DNA of 64,000 nt from Eledone cirrhosa (lineage: Eukaryota), in the NCBI GenBank assembly GCA_964016885.1, contig OZ024742.1, positions 327,608,001 through 327,672,000 on the forward strand. Reading direction: 5' to 3'. Positions 14,349 to 28,020 of the stretch are shown piece by piece. The notes below the pieces were generated by a model, which did no database searches, was not told where the DNA came from, and saw only the letters and a list, made by a program, of their open reading frames with translations. The position numbers were made by a program, and so were the translations under genes. Position 1 is the first letter of the stretch. The number at the start of each line of letters is the position of its first letter.

Positions 14349-14393
14349 GCTCTGACGAATCCTACGGTTACGTAAGGAAGAAACATTGTAAGC
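14349..14393 (+). ncRNA. Type I hammerhead ribozyme (inverted duplicate of 13528-13572)
   Basis: Identical core within inverted arms 13476-13626/14295-14445. Confidence 0.85.
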
Positions 14394-14699
14394 CAATAAC
14401 ATTTTTTTGATGTTGTAGACGCTCTTGTGTTCTTTATCATATATATATATATATATACAGGGTGTCCCGGAATATGTAAAAATATATTTATTAGAATGCT
14501 GCTGAAGTGTGTATACAAGTATATGTATGTGTATGTACACCCATCATTTTTATTGTCCATATATACACACAATGTTAAGTTATCAAAATATATTTCATAT
14601 GTATGATGAACATGTTTCTCATTAAATAAGCTCAACTGACTTTAGTTAAGAACATCAATAATTCAAATTTACTGGATCAAATCATGGAATAACATAGAT

Positions 14700-15270
14700 G
14701 GAACTAAACATAAGATAGGGAAAGCCACTTCATGGCACGACAACCAGAGATACCAGAGTGTCATATTCGTGAATGCAACCTCAGGAGTTCAATTAGCTAA
14801 TCAATTTAGAAAGGCCCTAAGAAAGACGCACCTAAAGATTAAAGTGGCAGCTAAAGCTAGGAAACTACCATAAAATCCCTGATCAGCAAAATTCACCCCT
14901 TTAAGAAAACCCACTGCACTAATGAGAAATGTATTATATGTAGAATAAATCCACAAATAAAATGTAAAACTAGAAATGTAGTCTATAGCATAAGATGTAC
15001 AGAGGGTACTTGCTGAAACATGACAACGACATACATAGGTGAGACAGCTCGAAGAATAGGGGAGAGAATAGACCAACACTGGGGAGAACTAATAGGATAA
15101 AAAGACGGTTCGGTACTATATGAACACACCAGGCGAAGACATGATGGTAATATAGAAAACATAGAAATTAAAATAATATCTAAACATACAAATGACTCAA
15201 CAGACAAATCAGAGAAGTAACTGAAATAGAACTAAGAAAACCGAAGTTGAACAGATAAAAATGAATGGAA
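14700..15270 (+). pseudogene. Decayed Penelope-like linker + GIY-YIG endonuclease (Nematis-like)
   Basis: Manual translation: SVIFVNATSG..LA, CTNEKCIIC, CKTRNVVYSIRC, YIGETARRIGERIDQH, SVLYEH....H, RQIRE, PKLN. Stops and frameshifts present. Possible decayed hammerhead at 15493-15535. Confidence 0.85.
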
Positions 15271-15777
15271 TAACAACAATAACCATACACAAACACACAA
15301 TAGTGACCTAAGATAAATATAAATAAATATACACAGGTACAATAACAACAATCACACATAAACACAGACTAGTGAGCAAATATAGAATACAAACACACAC
15401 CAAACAGAATACAAACACACAAACGCATGCGCAAACAGAGACAAGAAAAAAAATAGACATTACAATTCAACAGGAGGAAACATAATAGCACCAGTCATGA
15501 TGTCACAGGTGTGTGATGAAAGAACTTTTATAGACTATATATATATATATATTTATATCTATATTTTTAACCGTTGGTTAATCAATGATAAACATTGATT
15601 GCCAGCTAAATTAACTATAGGGATATAAAATATACAGAAGCTAAAACCAATCCAAACCAAACAGTGAGTGAGTTTTATTATTATTTCTAGCAATATGACC
15701 CTCCCGAAATATATCAATATTTATTTCAACACACACACGATTTCATATCCAAAACCTTGCAAAATAAATTCATCGCC

Positions 15778-15855
<78 letters not shown>

Positions 15856-15857
<2 letters not shown>

Positions 15858-16000
15858 GGTCAGTTCAGAAATAGCTGTCGAAACGTCGGCGCTCAGCCGT
15901 CGGGTTCCTGACTCGTTTCCTATTACCCACTCTACTACCCATAGTATCGAGTATTCTGGTGCGTATGGTCCACCTGGTCCTTACCACACTTCCTTCCTTA
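15856..16000 (+). mobile_element. Mini-element family A copy
   Basis: Homologous to the reverse complement of 1792-1925, flanked by (TA)n. Confidence 0.75.
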
Positions 16001-16002
16001 TA

Positions 16003-16055
<53 letters not shown>

Positions 16056-16059
<4 letters not shown>

Positions 16060-17074
16060 TAAAACATGTCTTTAGAATCACTAGATAAAATATATACCGT
16101 TTCCTCTCCCAATTAGCATAATTAACCATATAAAAATCAATTAGACCAAGCTATAAGAATAAAGGCTCCTATGAAGAAATCTCCGACAAATAACCGAAAG
16201 CAGCCCCTTCGCGGCGGTTACGACGGAGTATTTATCGAACATTTCGACAGCATGTATAAATCGACCAGATATACAGTCAACTAAACACAATTAGGTGTAA
16301 AATAAACTTAGAAGAAATGTGTACATATTTAATTACCTCTACCATGGTTTCATCCGTATTTTAAGACATCCGATAACAGGAGATATCCAGAGCTTCGGAT
16401 TCATCAGGAGTTAGCTCAAAATTAGACAATTAATTTTCCAAAGTGATCGCGCCAAGAATACATTCAAAAATGGCTAAGAATCGTGACGTGGCAGCGGTCA
16501 AGTTAGAAAGGATGTGATTAGTTGCTTACGGCTGGTAGGCTTATTGCTAGAAAGCGCAGCCCAATACAGCCAAATTGTTTCTCAACCTAACGGGAGATTA
16601 TTACATATAAAGGTTTACATATATATAAAGTCATAGATATATATGTGTTTTGAAATGGGTCACGTTGTGGCTCAATGAAGAATTAATAAATTAAATAATC
16701 AGACCTATATATCATAAAACATGTCTTTAGAATCACTAGATAAATATATACCGTTTCCTCTCCCAATTAGCATAATTAACCATATAAAAAATCAATTAGA
16801 CCAAGCTATAAGAATAAAAGCTCCTATGAAGAAATCTCCGACAAATAATCGAAAGCAGCCCCTTCGCGGTGGTTACGACGGAGTATTTATCGAACATTTC
16901 GACAGCATGTATAAATCGACCAGGAAACGGTATATATTTTATCTAGTGATTCTAAAGACATGTTTTATGATATATAGCTCTGATTATTTAATTTATTAAT
17001 TCTTCATTGAGTCACAACGTGACCCGTTGCAAAACACATATATATCTATGACTTTATATATATGTAAACCTTTA
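16056..17074 (-). mobile_element. Non-coding hammerhead element: 1.3 tandem units of 655 nt plus an inverted segment
   Basis: Direct repeat 16056-16268/16711-16923. Inverted repeat about 16607-16757/16924-17074. (TA)n on both sides. Confidence 0.8.
16337..16410 (-). ncRNA. Type I hammerhead ribozyme
   Basis: ctc-CTGATGA-atccg..cggat-GAAA-ccatgg-TA-gag, with perfect palindromic stem III accatggt. Confidence 0.9.
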
Positions 17075-18953
17075 TATATATATATATATATAGATATAGA
17101 TATATATAAATATGTGTGTGTTTGTGTGTGGTTATGTGCCTGTGCGCGCGCGCGCGTGTGTGTGTGCGTGTGTGCGTACGCGCGCGTGTGTGTGTGTATG
17201 TGTGTGTGTGTGTATGTGTGCGTGTTATCAGTGACAATAATAAGTAAAAATGTGCTGGCGGCTATAAAAATACATGACTTCTCAATATCAAAAAGTCATC
17301 GACGCACTGTCAGCCATATTGGAAACTGTATACTTAGCTATAATCTTGATATCTCTAATATCTCTATTAAATTCGGATGGAATGACTGAATGACGTGCGC
17401 CAAAAAAGCCTAATGTATAGAACTGCATATTTTATTTAAAGAAAATATAAATGTAGCGGCATTTGTTAGCAACTTACAATGGAAATAGGAGGCAATTTCA
17501 ATTAATCAAATACTAATTTAAAGAAAAAGGGAAAATGTTATCTTTGCTAGCCGGAGCAGTGACAGCAACAGGAATGTTTGTGTGTTATTGGACCACGTCA
17601 GTGAGACCTATACAATACAAACCTCACTTGAATAATAAATGTACGTTTTTACATATAGAAGCATTGCTAAAGAACCAGCAATACAGTAATAATTTTTGAT
17701 ATATATGATATATATATTGGGGGGGGGGGGGGGGGGTGATATGGTTATCTTGGACTACATTGTCCAGTTTTGTCTTCCTATTTTCAGATGATAGAGTGTG
17801 ATTTGAAGGAGAATTCATATACCTGTTATTTTCAGCATATCAAATGACCACATAGAAATTTCGTTGGCTTCTGCTCTTGTAGGAGGCCCATGCAGATGTT
17901 GTAGGAGATGCTATACCGTCACTTGACCTGTGAAAATTTGCTGTCGATCCCTCTATGATACACTATGTTAAGAAAAACCAATGACATTGTCACTGCTGGA
18001 ATGCCTTTCGCCTCAGGTCTGTTTGTTGACTTGAAGTTACACATTAACAACTATTGCTTATAGCAGTGACTATTTTCACTCCCGAACAGTATTTGTGACA
18101 CGATGCAACTAAGGATACTCTACACAAAACATGCTAGAATTGGTAGTTAAAATCTATTCAATTCTCCCTATATTCTTTAGTAAGTAAAGACAAATTTTAT
18201 TACATAGTATCGAGTGGACACATACAGACTTCATTGGATTCTGCTCTTGTAGTGGTAGTAGCTGATGGTTTGTAGCGATGGGTGAGCTGCTAACGCTAAA
18301 ATGCGCTTCAGATTGAATGAATATCGCCTTCAAAACGATTGGAAATTGGTGAAACATCATTACGTAATGGAGTTATGAAAGAAAAACTATACTCTAAATG
18401 ACACTTAAAACATTTTGAATATCAAAATATTAAAATTTCATAAATATATTTTCCACTCATGAGAATTTCAAAACCACACTATCCAAACACAATATGTTAT
18501 TTCCTGTCCCGGCTTATTAATGGGTTTTGGATTTTTGCCTATTTCTTAGACATAAAATAGGGAATCAGCTTATATTTGGATCGATTTATTTTCGATTATA
18601 TACGGTAGCTATTCTATTACTTACGTTATATATAGTGAGATGGATGACATATTTGTTGATTATTACATTGTTGATTTATCTCCAACATCCTTTAAAACTA
18701 TTAAGGCTGTATGCAGTCTGCGTAAGCAGGGAAAATGTAACTATGTAAATTTCATTGCATTTTCTTAGAAGTACACCCATATGAATATAACAGACCTTTT
18801 TTTCTAAGGGTTGAAATTGGGTTACAAGGCGCATGTATTACTTCGTTAATGTGTCTCCTGATATATTTTGTCTGAACTAGTGTGGGTTATCCTAATACAA
18901 TGAGGTGTATGATTTCAGAAAATACACCACACTTGTATTATGTGGTTGGAATA

Positions 18954-19140
18954 GGGCGGTGGATTGGCAGTATCGGTAGAGGGACGGACGCCATGCTTTC
19001 CAGCATAGTTACGTCCCTTTACGGTCTGAGCTCAAATCCCGCCGAGGTTAACTTTGCCGTTCATCCTTACGGGGTCGATAAAATAAAGTACCAGTAATGT
19101 ACTGGGTACTTGATGGCCTTGTGCCAAAAGTAGAAACAAT
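18954..19140 (+). mobile_element. Full-length SINE S1 with 16-bp target-site duplication
   Basis: attatgtggttggaat at 18937-18952 and 19139-19154. Confidence 0.9.
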
Positions 19141-19299
19141 TATGTGGTTGGAATTATGAATATTCCCTTTAGCACTTTGGAGAATAATGGAGAAATGTTG
19201 TAACTTCTATGGCCACATTCAAGTCGGATTTGTTCATAATATAAAGTAAATAATCAGACTAAATACAAAACTTTGTTGTAATTTATATTAAATATATGG

Positions 19300-19407
19300 A
19301 GGAAGGAGTTTGACGGAATGTACGGCTATGGCAAGGGACAGGAAAAGATGGAGAGTGCTGGTCCATAAGCCCACAACCCCCGACCTTCAGATATGAGGAT
19401 GGGATGG

Positions 19408-19410
<3 letters not shown>
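19300..19410 (+). mobile_element. RTE-like LINE 3' fragment
   Basis: Translates to MARDRKRWRVLV, typical of RTE ORF ends. Confidence 0.5.
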
Positions 19411-19440
<30 letters not shown>

Positions 19441-19443
<3 letters not shown>

Positions 19444-19625
19444 GTTTCTACGTTTGGCACAAGGCCAGCAATTATCCAGTGCATTACTGGTACTTTATTT
19501 TATCGACTCCGTAAGGATTAAAGGCAAAGTTAACCTCGGCGGGATTTCAACTCACAATGGCAAGGGCCGTAACTCTATACGTCAAAAAATGGCGTCCGAC
19601 CCTCAAACCAATACTACCAATCCAT
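19441..19625 (-). mobile_element. SINE S1 (further partial copies at 11785-11885-, 22785-22927-, 22985-23092+, 30297-30435+, 58858-58915-)
   Basis: Reverse complement of the S1 body. Confidence 0.85.
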
Positions 19626-19697
19626 ATATATAATGTGTGATGGGAAGGATATTTAGCAGTGTTGACACGGTACGTGATGAGACTGTATCTTTAAATT

Positions 19698-19848
19698 ACC
19701 GGTACAAGTAATTTTTTGCCAGCTGTGTAGACTGAAGCAATGTGAAATAAGTGTCTTGCTTAAGAACACAACACACCACCAGGAATCGAACACATGATCT
19801 TACTACCGTGAACCGAACAGCCTGACAACTAATCCACGCACCTGCACA
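19698..19848 (-). mobile_element. Second tRNA-derived SINE family (related copy about 60275-60490+)
   Basis: B box gtgttcgattcc followed by ttaagcaagacactt and ttgcttcagtctacacagc. Confidence 0.55.
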
Positions 19849-21094
19849 TTTTCCATGTCCCATGTATCTAAATACTACATAATCCACTAAACTCTTAGAT
19901 ATACATCTTTTTAGAACACAGTGTGTGATTTATGGTTAATTTGACTGCTATTTCTAGACCGATGAAGCGCCTTTATAGTTGTTGGTGTTAGTGGTATCAG
20001 TAGTGGTGTGATTGGTGGTAAATCGGAGTGAAGGCTAGCGAAGTACGCCCTACGATTGGTGTCAAAGATGGAGAATTTTATGACATATATGGGTTAATTA
20101 AATAACTAACATCTTGGTGGTGGAGGTGATGTGTAGAGGAGTGGTAACACACATGGTAGATATGGTACTGGTGATGTTGATGGTATTGTTGTGGGATTGT
20201 TAGTAGCAATGGTTGTAGTGTAGACGTGTGGTGTTGTGGTGGTAATTGTATTGTAGTTTGGAGAGGTGTGGGAAACAGTGTGGTGGGGTAGTGAAGATTG
20301 GGGCGTAGAAGTGTGGTGTTGTAGTGGTAGTGGTTTGTGATGATTAGAGGGTAGAAGTGCAACGTTGTAGTGGTGGTGGTTTGTGATGGTTGGAGCGTAG
20401 AAGTGTGGTGCTGTAGAGGTAGTGATTGTTGTAGTATTTTAGGGATTGATGGTCACTATGGTTGATATGATTATATTGTGGTGGTAATAGTGGTTGTAGT
20501 AGTGTAGTTGTAGTGCAATTCCTGCATACAATTTTTCTGCACCCGCCATTTGCAACAGTTTAAGCGGAACGATAATGCCAGCACACTCACTAGTCTCCGG
20601 TGGTCTCCCTTTCTATACTACACACCAATAATAAAAAGAAACAAATCGCTGTTGTTTTGGCCCAGATCATCTTTGATTGACCAGAGCTATGTTTGAAAGT
20701 ATCACAATTATGACCATCCTGTCTGTTCTCGTTGGTATACTAAGTATTTTTCCATAGCGTGTGATTTAATGAATATTTGGTTGCTATTTCTAACAGGTCA
20801 AATGACCACGTAGAGTCTTCAAGCTATTGAAAAAAGCCTCTAAGTTGTCTTTAGAACTGCTAGAGATAGCAGTCAATTTCATCTTTAATTAACATCACAT
20901 TGTTGTAAAAAATGACGTATTGGATAATGTGGTGCTATGTACCCTGCACATACGAAAATGATCATGGCTGGACTTCTTTTAATCATATGACTGCTCGATC
21001 AGTGATGATCTTGGGCTAAATAACAAAACAACGTAGAGGATTGGCACATGATACAGTGAATTCATGTGGTAATATGTCTCGCTCTCCGACAAGT

Positions 21095-21400
21095 TCGCGG
21101 TTGCTCTTTGCAGTAGAGTCTTCTGGTGTCCTTGGCTCTAGGGCTACCTCCCTACTCACCACCATAGGCGCTGAGCTGACCAGCCGGTGTGAGCCTCGCG
21201 AGTTGGAATGGCTCTTCCAGCGCATCTCTCTTACCATCCTCCGGGGAAACTCCTTCTCCATTCTGTCCGCCGGGGCTGTGGGGAGGCCAGGACGTGGGAC
21301 CCCATTTGCTTACCATACGGAGAGATGGGGGAGAGCAGGAGAGATGGAGGCGATGACAGTGAGAGTTCGGTTCTTCCATGTTCGGACCATATCCTTGTGG
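21095..21400 (+). mobile_element. 3' end of a CRE-like non-LTR retrotransposon (restriction-like endonuclease C-terminus + 3'UTR)
   Basis: FAVESSGVLG..A..LL..IG..EPRELEWLFQRISLTILRGNSFSIL. Shorter copies at 34730-34907+ and 40812-40992+. Confidence 0.7.
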
Positions 21401-23428
21401 TTGTGTTCATCAAGACCTAATGCAGTAATGAAATTGTGGCTGTTGTATTGACATCCTGTATGGATTTACTTAATTTCCCACTCATTCTTTTTATTGTCAC
21501 TAGGTAATAGCTAATCACGGGGTTGCATAGGAAATAGAGGGAGAAATATAATGATACTGCAGTAACTTTATGTGATGTTGTGGCAGTAATGTTAGCATTA
21601 TGGCGGTAGTATTACAGTGGTGATTTAGGTGAGTGGGAAAAAAGTCAGACATATGGAAGATAGACGAAGAATGAGACTAACCTTTTTGATAACAAACCAG
21701 CTAAACCCGCTCTAGTTCTATGGAGCAAAACCACCCATTCTGAGGATATCCTATTTAAAGTAAAACCTTCCAACATATTCTATCTTGTCCATAATAATAC
21801 GCCACCTGTCTTTGTATATTTATTTATATATATAAGTTTATAACTCATTAAAATGTACACACAAACATGCACATAATGCACTTCCTATCTCAGTCACGCT
21901 GCTACAATATGATGTTCGCTTTCCCATCACAAACTCCTTGGTTTTAACTTTACATTTGTTGCTCTAAATAGTTCTCCATAGTTTCTCACACATTTTATCC
22001 TGTATGTCATTCGTACGTAGATGCTGACCATTTATATAATTCCATCATAGAAATCAATTATTACAATATTATTCTTATCTTTAATCACTTCCACGTGCCA
22101 CAATCGACACAAACTATAGGGTTTCTTTTATGTAAACCATTGATTTATCAAAAAGCAAATTTTCCAATTTGTATGATTGTTCATATATCCGGCAATCCTG
22201 GTATATATGGCATCAAAAATGAAATACGTTAAACGCTACTGCCATCATTATTGACGGCACGGGTTCACTGGCAATAAAATAATTAATTGAAAGAGAGTGC
22301 ATTGTTATTAGAAATATGGCAAGGAAAGGGTGAACTGGGAAAATAAGGATGACAGATAATCCCTGAAGATTGCATTAAGGTATGTTATGTCAATAGAGAC
22401 AGCTGGATGTGGTCCTATGTTAAGGCGTGGTGTGTATAGGTGACTGCGGCTGGCTTATATCACAGAAAATAGTCAAGAGATAAAGATGCTTTTTTTTGGC
22501 ATTGTTAATGTAGTACATATTTCTTATGAATGAAATATGTAGGTTCTCTTTCCGGTTTTTATATTTAGTCCTGTTATAAATGAAATTACTTCTAGATTAC
22601 GTCTTCAGGGATTGTCTACGTATTTTTCACTTTGTGATTGATATTCAACATTCAGCCATACTTGCACATGGTCTGGTATGGTATGGTCCCGTAATTTCTG
22701 ATAGGGTCGTAGAGGTGCTGTATTGACAAACGGCGTTTGGGGGCATGTTAAGCCTGATGGAGGAAATGAGAAAGATATATAGAGGAAGGTACTTTTTTTT
22801 ATCGACCTCGAAACGATTAAAGGTAAAGTTCACCTCGGTGGGATTTGAACTCAGAAAGCAGAAATCCGGAACGAATACCATAAAGCATTCTATCCGACGT
22901 TCTAACGACTCTGCTAATTCGCCGCCTACCTGCATATATAATACTATATATATACTTAACCATTTACTATATCTGTTAATAAGGCAGCTCGAATCTCGGA
23001 CAGAATCCTTTGCAGTATTCATTTCGGCTATCGCCGAAGTCAACTTTACTTTTCGAGGTCAATACAAAAGTACCAGTCCGGTACTGGGGTCAATTCTTGC
23101 TCTATATCTCTTCCTCACTTTGTCTCCCCTTCTACTTCTCTTTTTCCCTCTCTTTCACCCATTCTCCCCTCCCCCACCCTCTGGAAGAAGTTGATAGAAC
23201 CATCATCGTCGGAATTGACGGAGGATCCAAAGCAACACATAAGGATACAGTATCCAACGTGTCCCTTTCTAGGGCGATAGAGTGAGATTCGACTGTTATT
23301 TTATTAGGTTGTGTGACCGCAAAATGACTTTGGCGTTGGCTGAAAATACTTAACCTATGTATGGGGAAAGACCGACTACAATTATGCTTATCAAAGAATT
23401 TAGGCCGTGTACCGTGTGTGTGTTGTTG

Positions 23429-23464
<36 letters not shown>

Positions 23465-23662
23465 AATGAGGTTGGAGAGAGCGTGTGCCTGTATGCGTGT
23501 ATATATATATTTGTAAGAGTGATTATTTGAAAGTATATTTGTGTGTGTGTGTGTGTGTCTTTAATGAGGTTGAAGAGAGCGTGTGTCTATGTGCGTGTAT
23601 ATATTTGTAAGAATGATTCTTTGAATATGTGCATTTGTGTGTGTGTATGTATGTGTGTGTCT

Positions 23663-23701
<39 letters not shown>

Positions 23702-24239
23702 GGAGAGAGTGAGAGAAGTGGAGCCTGCACATTTACACTATACTCATATGTTGTGTATTTGTGTATATGTATATAAAAGTGATTAGGCGTGTGTATTTGC
23801 GTGTGTGTATGTATGCGTGTATATCTGTGTATGTGCACGTGAGTGTGAATGTATATAGGTGTTCTGTGTGGTTTGTGCGTGTATATAAGTATGTTAATAT
23901 GTCTATGAGTGTGTGTGTTCTGTGTGAAAGAGATGTGAGCGGGAGAATACATAAGAGATTTGATGTGAGATAATTATGAACTTCCGATTTCTAAGAACTT
24001 TCTGCACATGAGGTGTATAATGTAAATTATATAGAAATATTACTGGTGTATATGACTATATTAAATGGGTTGTATATGTCTGGTTAGACCACTTCAGAAC
24101 ACACACACACACGCACACACATACATATATATACATATATACAAAAACAAATATATATATATATATATATATATACATGTTTGTATATGTAAATGCATAT
24201 AAGTACGTATGTATATATGTATATATTTACATATATGTA

Positions 24240-24276
<37 letters not shown>

Positions 24277-24543
24277 ACGTATGTACATAGTCTAATAGGA
24301 AAGCACTTGATCTATTCACACCTTGGGTGGGAAATGCTTAGAGAGTGGCCAGACCTGCTGGGGAAGCCCTCATTCAGTGACGGAAGAGCTTCGTGTGGTC
24401 TACGTGACGTTTCACAAATAAAGGAATAAGTAAATGAATATATAAGTATAGTACACTGTAAAGAAATAAAGAATTGAAAAAAATAACCTACGCAATGTCT
24501 CAAGAAAACGCGCAAGAAAATATAAAAAATGACGCAAACTTGC

Positions 24544-24743
<200 letters not shown>

Positions 24744-24753
24744 ATATATCTTC

Positions 24754-24793
<40 letters not shown>

Positions 24794-25006
24794 GTCTTTC
24801 TGTATATATATATTGGATGGATAGCTTGAAGTGCTATCTTATGGCAGCAGTCTAATGACTGAATATATATATATATATGTAGGAGGGGAGTAATATTGTA
24901 GAACAATAAAACTATGCATATATCAGATAAGTAGCACTCAACAGTTGGTAGAACTGGAGTATATATTAAAGAAGATATTTAAAGATGGTTAAACAAGTTC
25001 CATATA

Positions 25007-25072
25007 TTTTATTATGCGCATTTCGTAAACAACATCATGCTGGGACAAACATTGTGTTCTCATCAGATAAAA
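25007..25072 (-). ncRNA. Type I hammerhead ribozyme
   Basis: ttttat-CTGATGA-g..c-GAAA-tgcgca-TA-ataaaa. Palindromic stem III, imperfect stem II. Confidence 0.8.
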
Positions 25073-25238
25073 TAAGGTAACATGATATGAGGCCTAAAAA
25101 CACTTGTGAACAAGAACGTGTCCAGTCTACATATGACAAAAATATGAATAAGAGAAAAATAGGAAAAATGAAGAAAAGGAAAGAAGAAGGAAAAAGGAAA
25201 ACGACATAGAAGAGAGGAAAAAAGAAAGAAAGAAGGAG

Positions 25239-25281
<43 letters not shown>

Positions 25282-25386
25282 TTGATCAGGAACGCTGTCA
25301 AAATGAAAACAGCTGTAAATAACGGCTAAAAAAATAAATAAATAAATTGATGAGGTGTATGTGCGAATATTACAATATTAGAGGTC

Positions 25387-25439
<53 letters not shown>

Positions 25440-25617
25440 TAATAATAATATTTATACTTATATATTATGTTTAATATACAATTATAAATATGGAGGGTAG
25501 TACTAAGTACTAGCCAGTTACTGGTAGGATAAAAAGCTCAATGTAAATTATCAAGTGTATTACAGAGCCGAGATACACAATATTAAAACAATCACGTCTT
25601 AGTTTAATACATTTATT

Positions 25618-25664
25618 TGCTGGCAATTGTTTCTTCCAGAGGGATGTCTGGAATCATCGGAGCA
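25618..25664 (-). ncRNA. Type I hammerhead with two inactivating T>C core changes
   Basis: tgct-CCGATGA-ttccaga/tctggaa-GAAA-caattg-CC-agca, then AATAAA. Confidence 0.75.
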
Positions 25665-26275
25665 TAGGGAATGTTTAAACAGGTGATTAAAATCCTAGTC
25701 TTCAGAACATTTAGGTAGATACATAACTGTTGTCAGTATCATAGATATCAAATAGATGTTAAAAAAAGAATGTTACGCTTCAGAAAACACAATTACAAGG
25801 AGCAATGGTGAAAAGGGAAAAATAAGAATATTATGTATAAAGATATTGTTTAAGGTAAAACATGTGCAAAAGGTACAAGCAAGAAAAAAAGTACAAGCAA
25901 AAAAAATGATGTAAGATAAGATAGATAGAAGATTTCATAGCATTGGAAATCAGATAATTTTAAGGGTATATAATGCAAGAGTCAATACTATTAATAAAGG
26001 CATGTATGAGGTAAGAGTTATATTATAGCTGAAACAAGCATATTTCATGTAGAATGTAAAAGCATGTTACAAGTGTTAGAAATATTTAAATTTAAAAAAA
26101 TGGCGTCCTATATGGTAGAGAGACATGTAGTGATAAAATGGATATATGTTATGTAAGATGTAATGCAAAGCACGTGATTGAATTAGATATGTAATTTTCA
26201 TTCAAGAATTTTTATATTGGAGTTCGTATATAGATGTATATGTTGGGTGTAACTCAGATGTATTAACGATGGAAT

Positions 26276-26543
<268 letters not shown>

Positions 26544-26569
26544 TATATATATATATATATATATATTTA

Positions 26570-27286
26570 ATAAGGTAATGAATTCTTTTACAATGGAATC
26601 AGCTCGAAGGAGGAAAATACCCCCTGAGCAGTGTATAAATTAATATGTATGTGATGAAACACAGATGCCAACACATCTGTATATATATTGCAAAAGAAAA
26701 ATTTAGCCAGATTGAAGTATACTAATTATTATACTACAGTTTGTCCATATCGATTTAAAATAATAAATCAACGAAGACGAACTGTATTGCCAAGAGGCTG
26801 TGATGTTTAGACACATTTAAATTTCAAAATCAAACCTGTTCCGTAGATAAGTTTAAACTTTAAGATCCAAATATGTTTCGAGTTAAATAAGTGTAGGAAT
26901 ATCATGTCCTGCTCTCCTCAGTAAACATCCAGAGACAAATTGATATGCTTCACTTCTAAATAATTTAAAAGACTGCGTGACGCACATGGTTTTACAGTAT
27001 CTAACTAGTCTCATAACCGTACTGCTAGAAATAACAGTCGTATATATGAGGCGGCTTGCAGCTCAAACTAGGAGCAGTTAAAATTAATATTTAACTCGAA
27101 ACATATTTGGATCTTAAAGTTTAAACTTATCTACGGAACAGGTTTGATTTTGAAATTTAAATGTGTCTAAACATCACAGCCTCTTGGCAATACAGTTCGT
27201 CTTCGTTGATTTATTATTTTAAATCGATATGGACAAACTGTAGTATAATAATTAGTATACTTCAATCTGGCTAAATTTTTCTTTTG

Positions 27287-27295
<9 letters not shown>
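26570..27295. mobile_element. Fold-back mini-element, arms about 205 bp, with degenerate hammerhead
   Basis: Arms 26683-26889/27089-27295. Minus strand CTGAGGA-gag..ctc-GAAA-catat at about 26870-26921. Confidence 0.7.
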
Positions 27296-27350
<55 letters not shown>

Positions 27351-27535
27351 GAGGTAAATATCTCACTGAGTACTAAGTACCCATAGAGATATATAGGGTG
27401 TCTATAATATAATTGTTGTTCTATGGTACTAATTCGAGATACCAGAGCTATAAAAATTGATGAGCAGAACACACAAACATTAAACAATCCTTTAAATAAA
27501 TTAAAAAATGATTTAAATATCTACCTGTTCATAAT

Positions 27536-27614
27536 GCTATTACCGGCGGTTTCCATTTACAAAAGATTAGAAATTCAGAGAATTTCCAACGGAAAGTAAA
27601 CTTCATCAGATAGC
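27536..27614 (-). ncRNA. Type I hammerhead ribozyme
   Basis: gctat-CTGATGA-agtttac..gtaaatg-GAAA-ccgccgg-TA-atagc. Confidence 0.88.
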
Positions 27615-27839
27615 TATTTCCTTTCTATAGGACTCAAGTCCCACGGTCTGCAAATATAATGCCAACTAAAATTCGTTGTTGCTTGCTGCTATTTTTTTAG
27701 CAGCAAAGCCATCAACAAGTCTGTAATAATCCCGCTTTCACTAGCGGCCGGTTCACGTGTGGGTCACTTTAACGGCCATAACTCATACGAGCTGGTAGTT
27801 GGCTTTATATTTACAGACCGTGGGACGTATAGAATGGAA

Positions 27840-27915
27840 ATCTGATGAATTTTACTTTCGGTTGGAAATTCTCTGAATTTCTAATCTTTTGTAAACGGAA
27901 ACCGCCGGTAATAGC
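27840..27915 (+). ncRNA. Type I hammerhead ribozyme (inverted duplicate, stem I shortened)
   Basis: at-CTGATGA-attttac..gtaaacg-GAAA-ccgccgg-TA-at. Arms about 27454-27611/27840-27996. Confidence 0.78.
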
Positions 27916-28020
27916 ATTATGAACAGGTAGATATTTAAATAATTTTTTAATTTATTTAAAGGGTTGTTTAATGTTTGTTTGTTCTGCTCATCAATTTATA
28001 TATATATATATATATATATA

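Noticed and set aside
14456-14475. tacagggtgtccc Tc1/mariner-like terminus
   Set aside because: No matching opposite end or transposase was found.
15014-15016. In-frame TGA in the GIY-YIG as possible selenocysteine (known in some PLEs)
   Set aside because: It is not at a conserved Cys position, the frame has other stops and frameshifts, and no SECIS was seen. CGA>TGA decay is simpler.
15735-15778. Minus strand CGATGA..GAAA before AATAAA
   Set aside because: The core is incomplete and stems I and III are unpaired, so it was not counted.
16721-16999. 92-aa ORF inside the 655-nt unit
   Set aside because: It is antisense to the ribozyme strand, runs across the inversion junction, and has no recognisable domain.
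18560-18607. pogo/Tigger-like terminus ending ttatatacggta
   Set aside because: Single end only, and no transposase motif was recognised upstream.
25618-25664. Two T>C core changes as an A-to-I editing footprint
   Set aside because: Only two sites, and arm-to-arm differences in other fold-backs are of mixed type.
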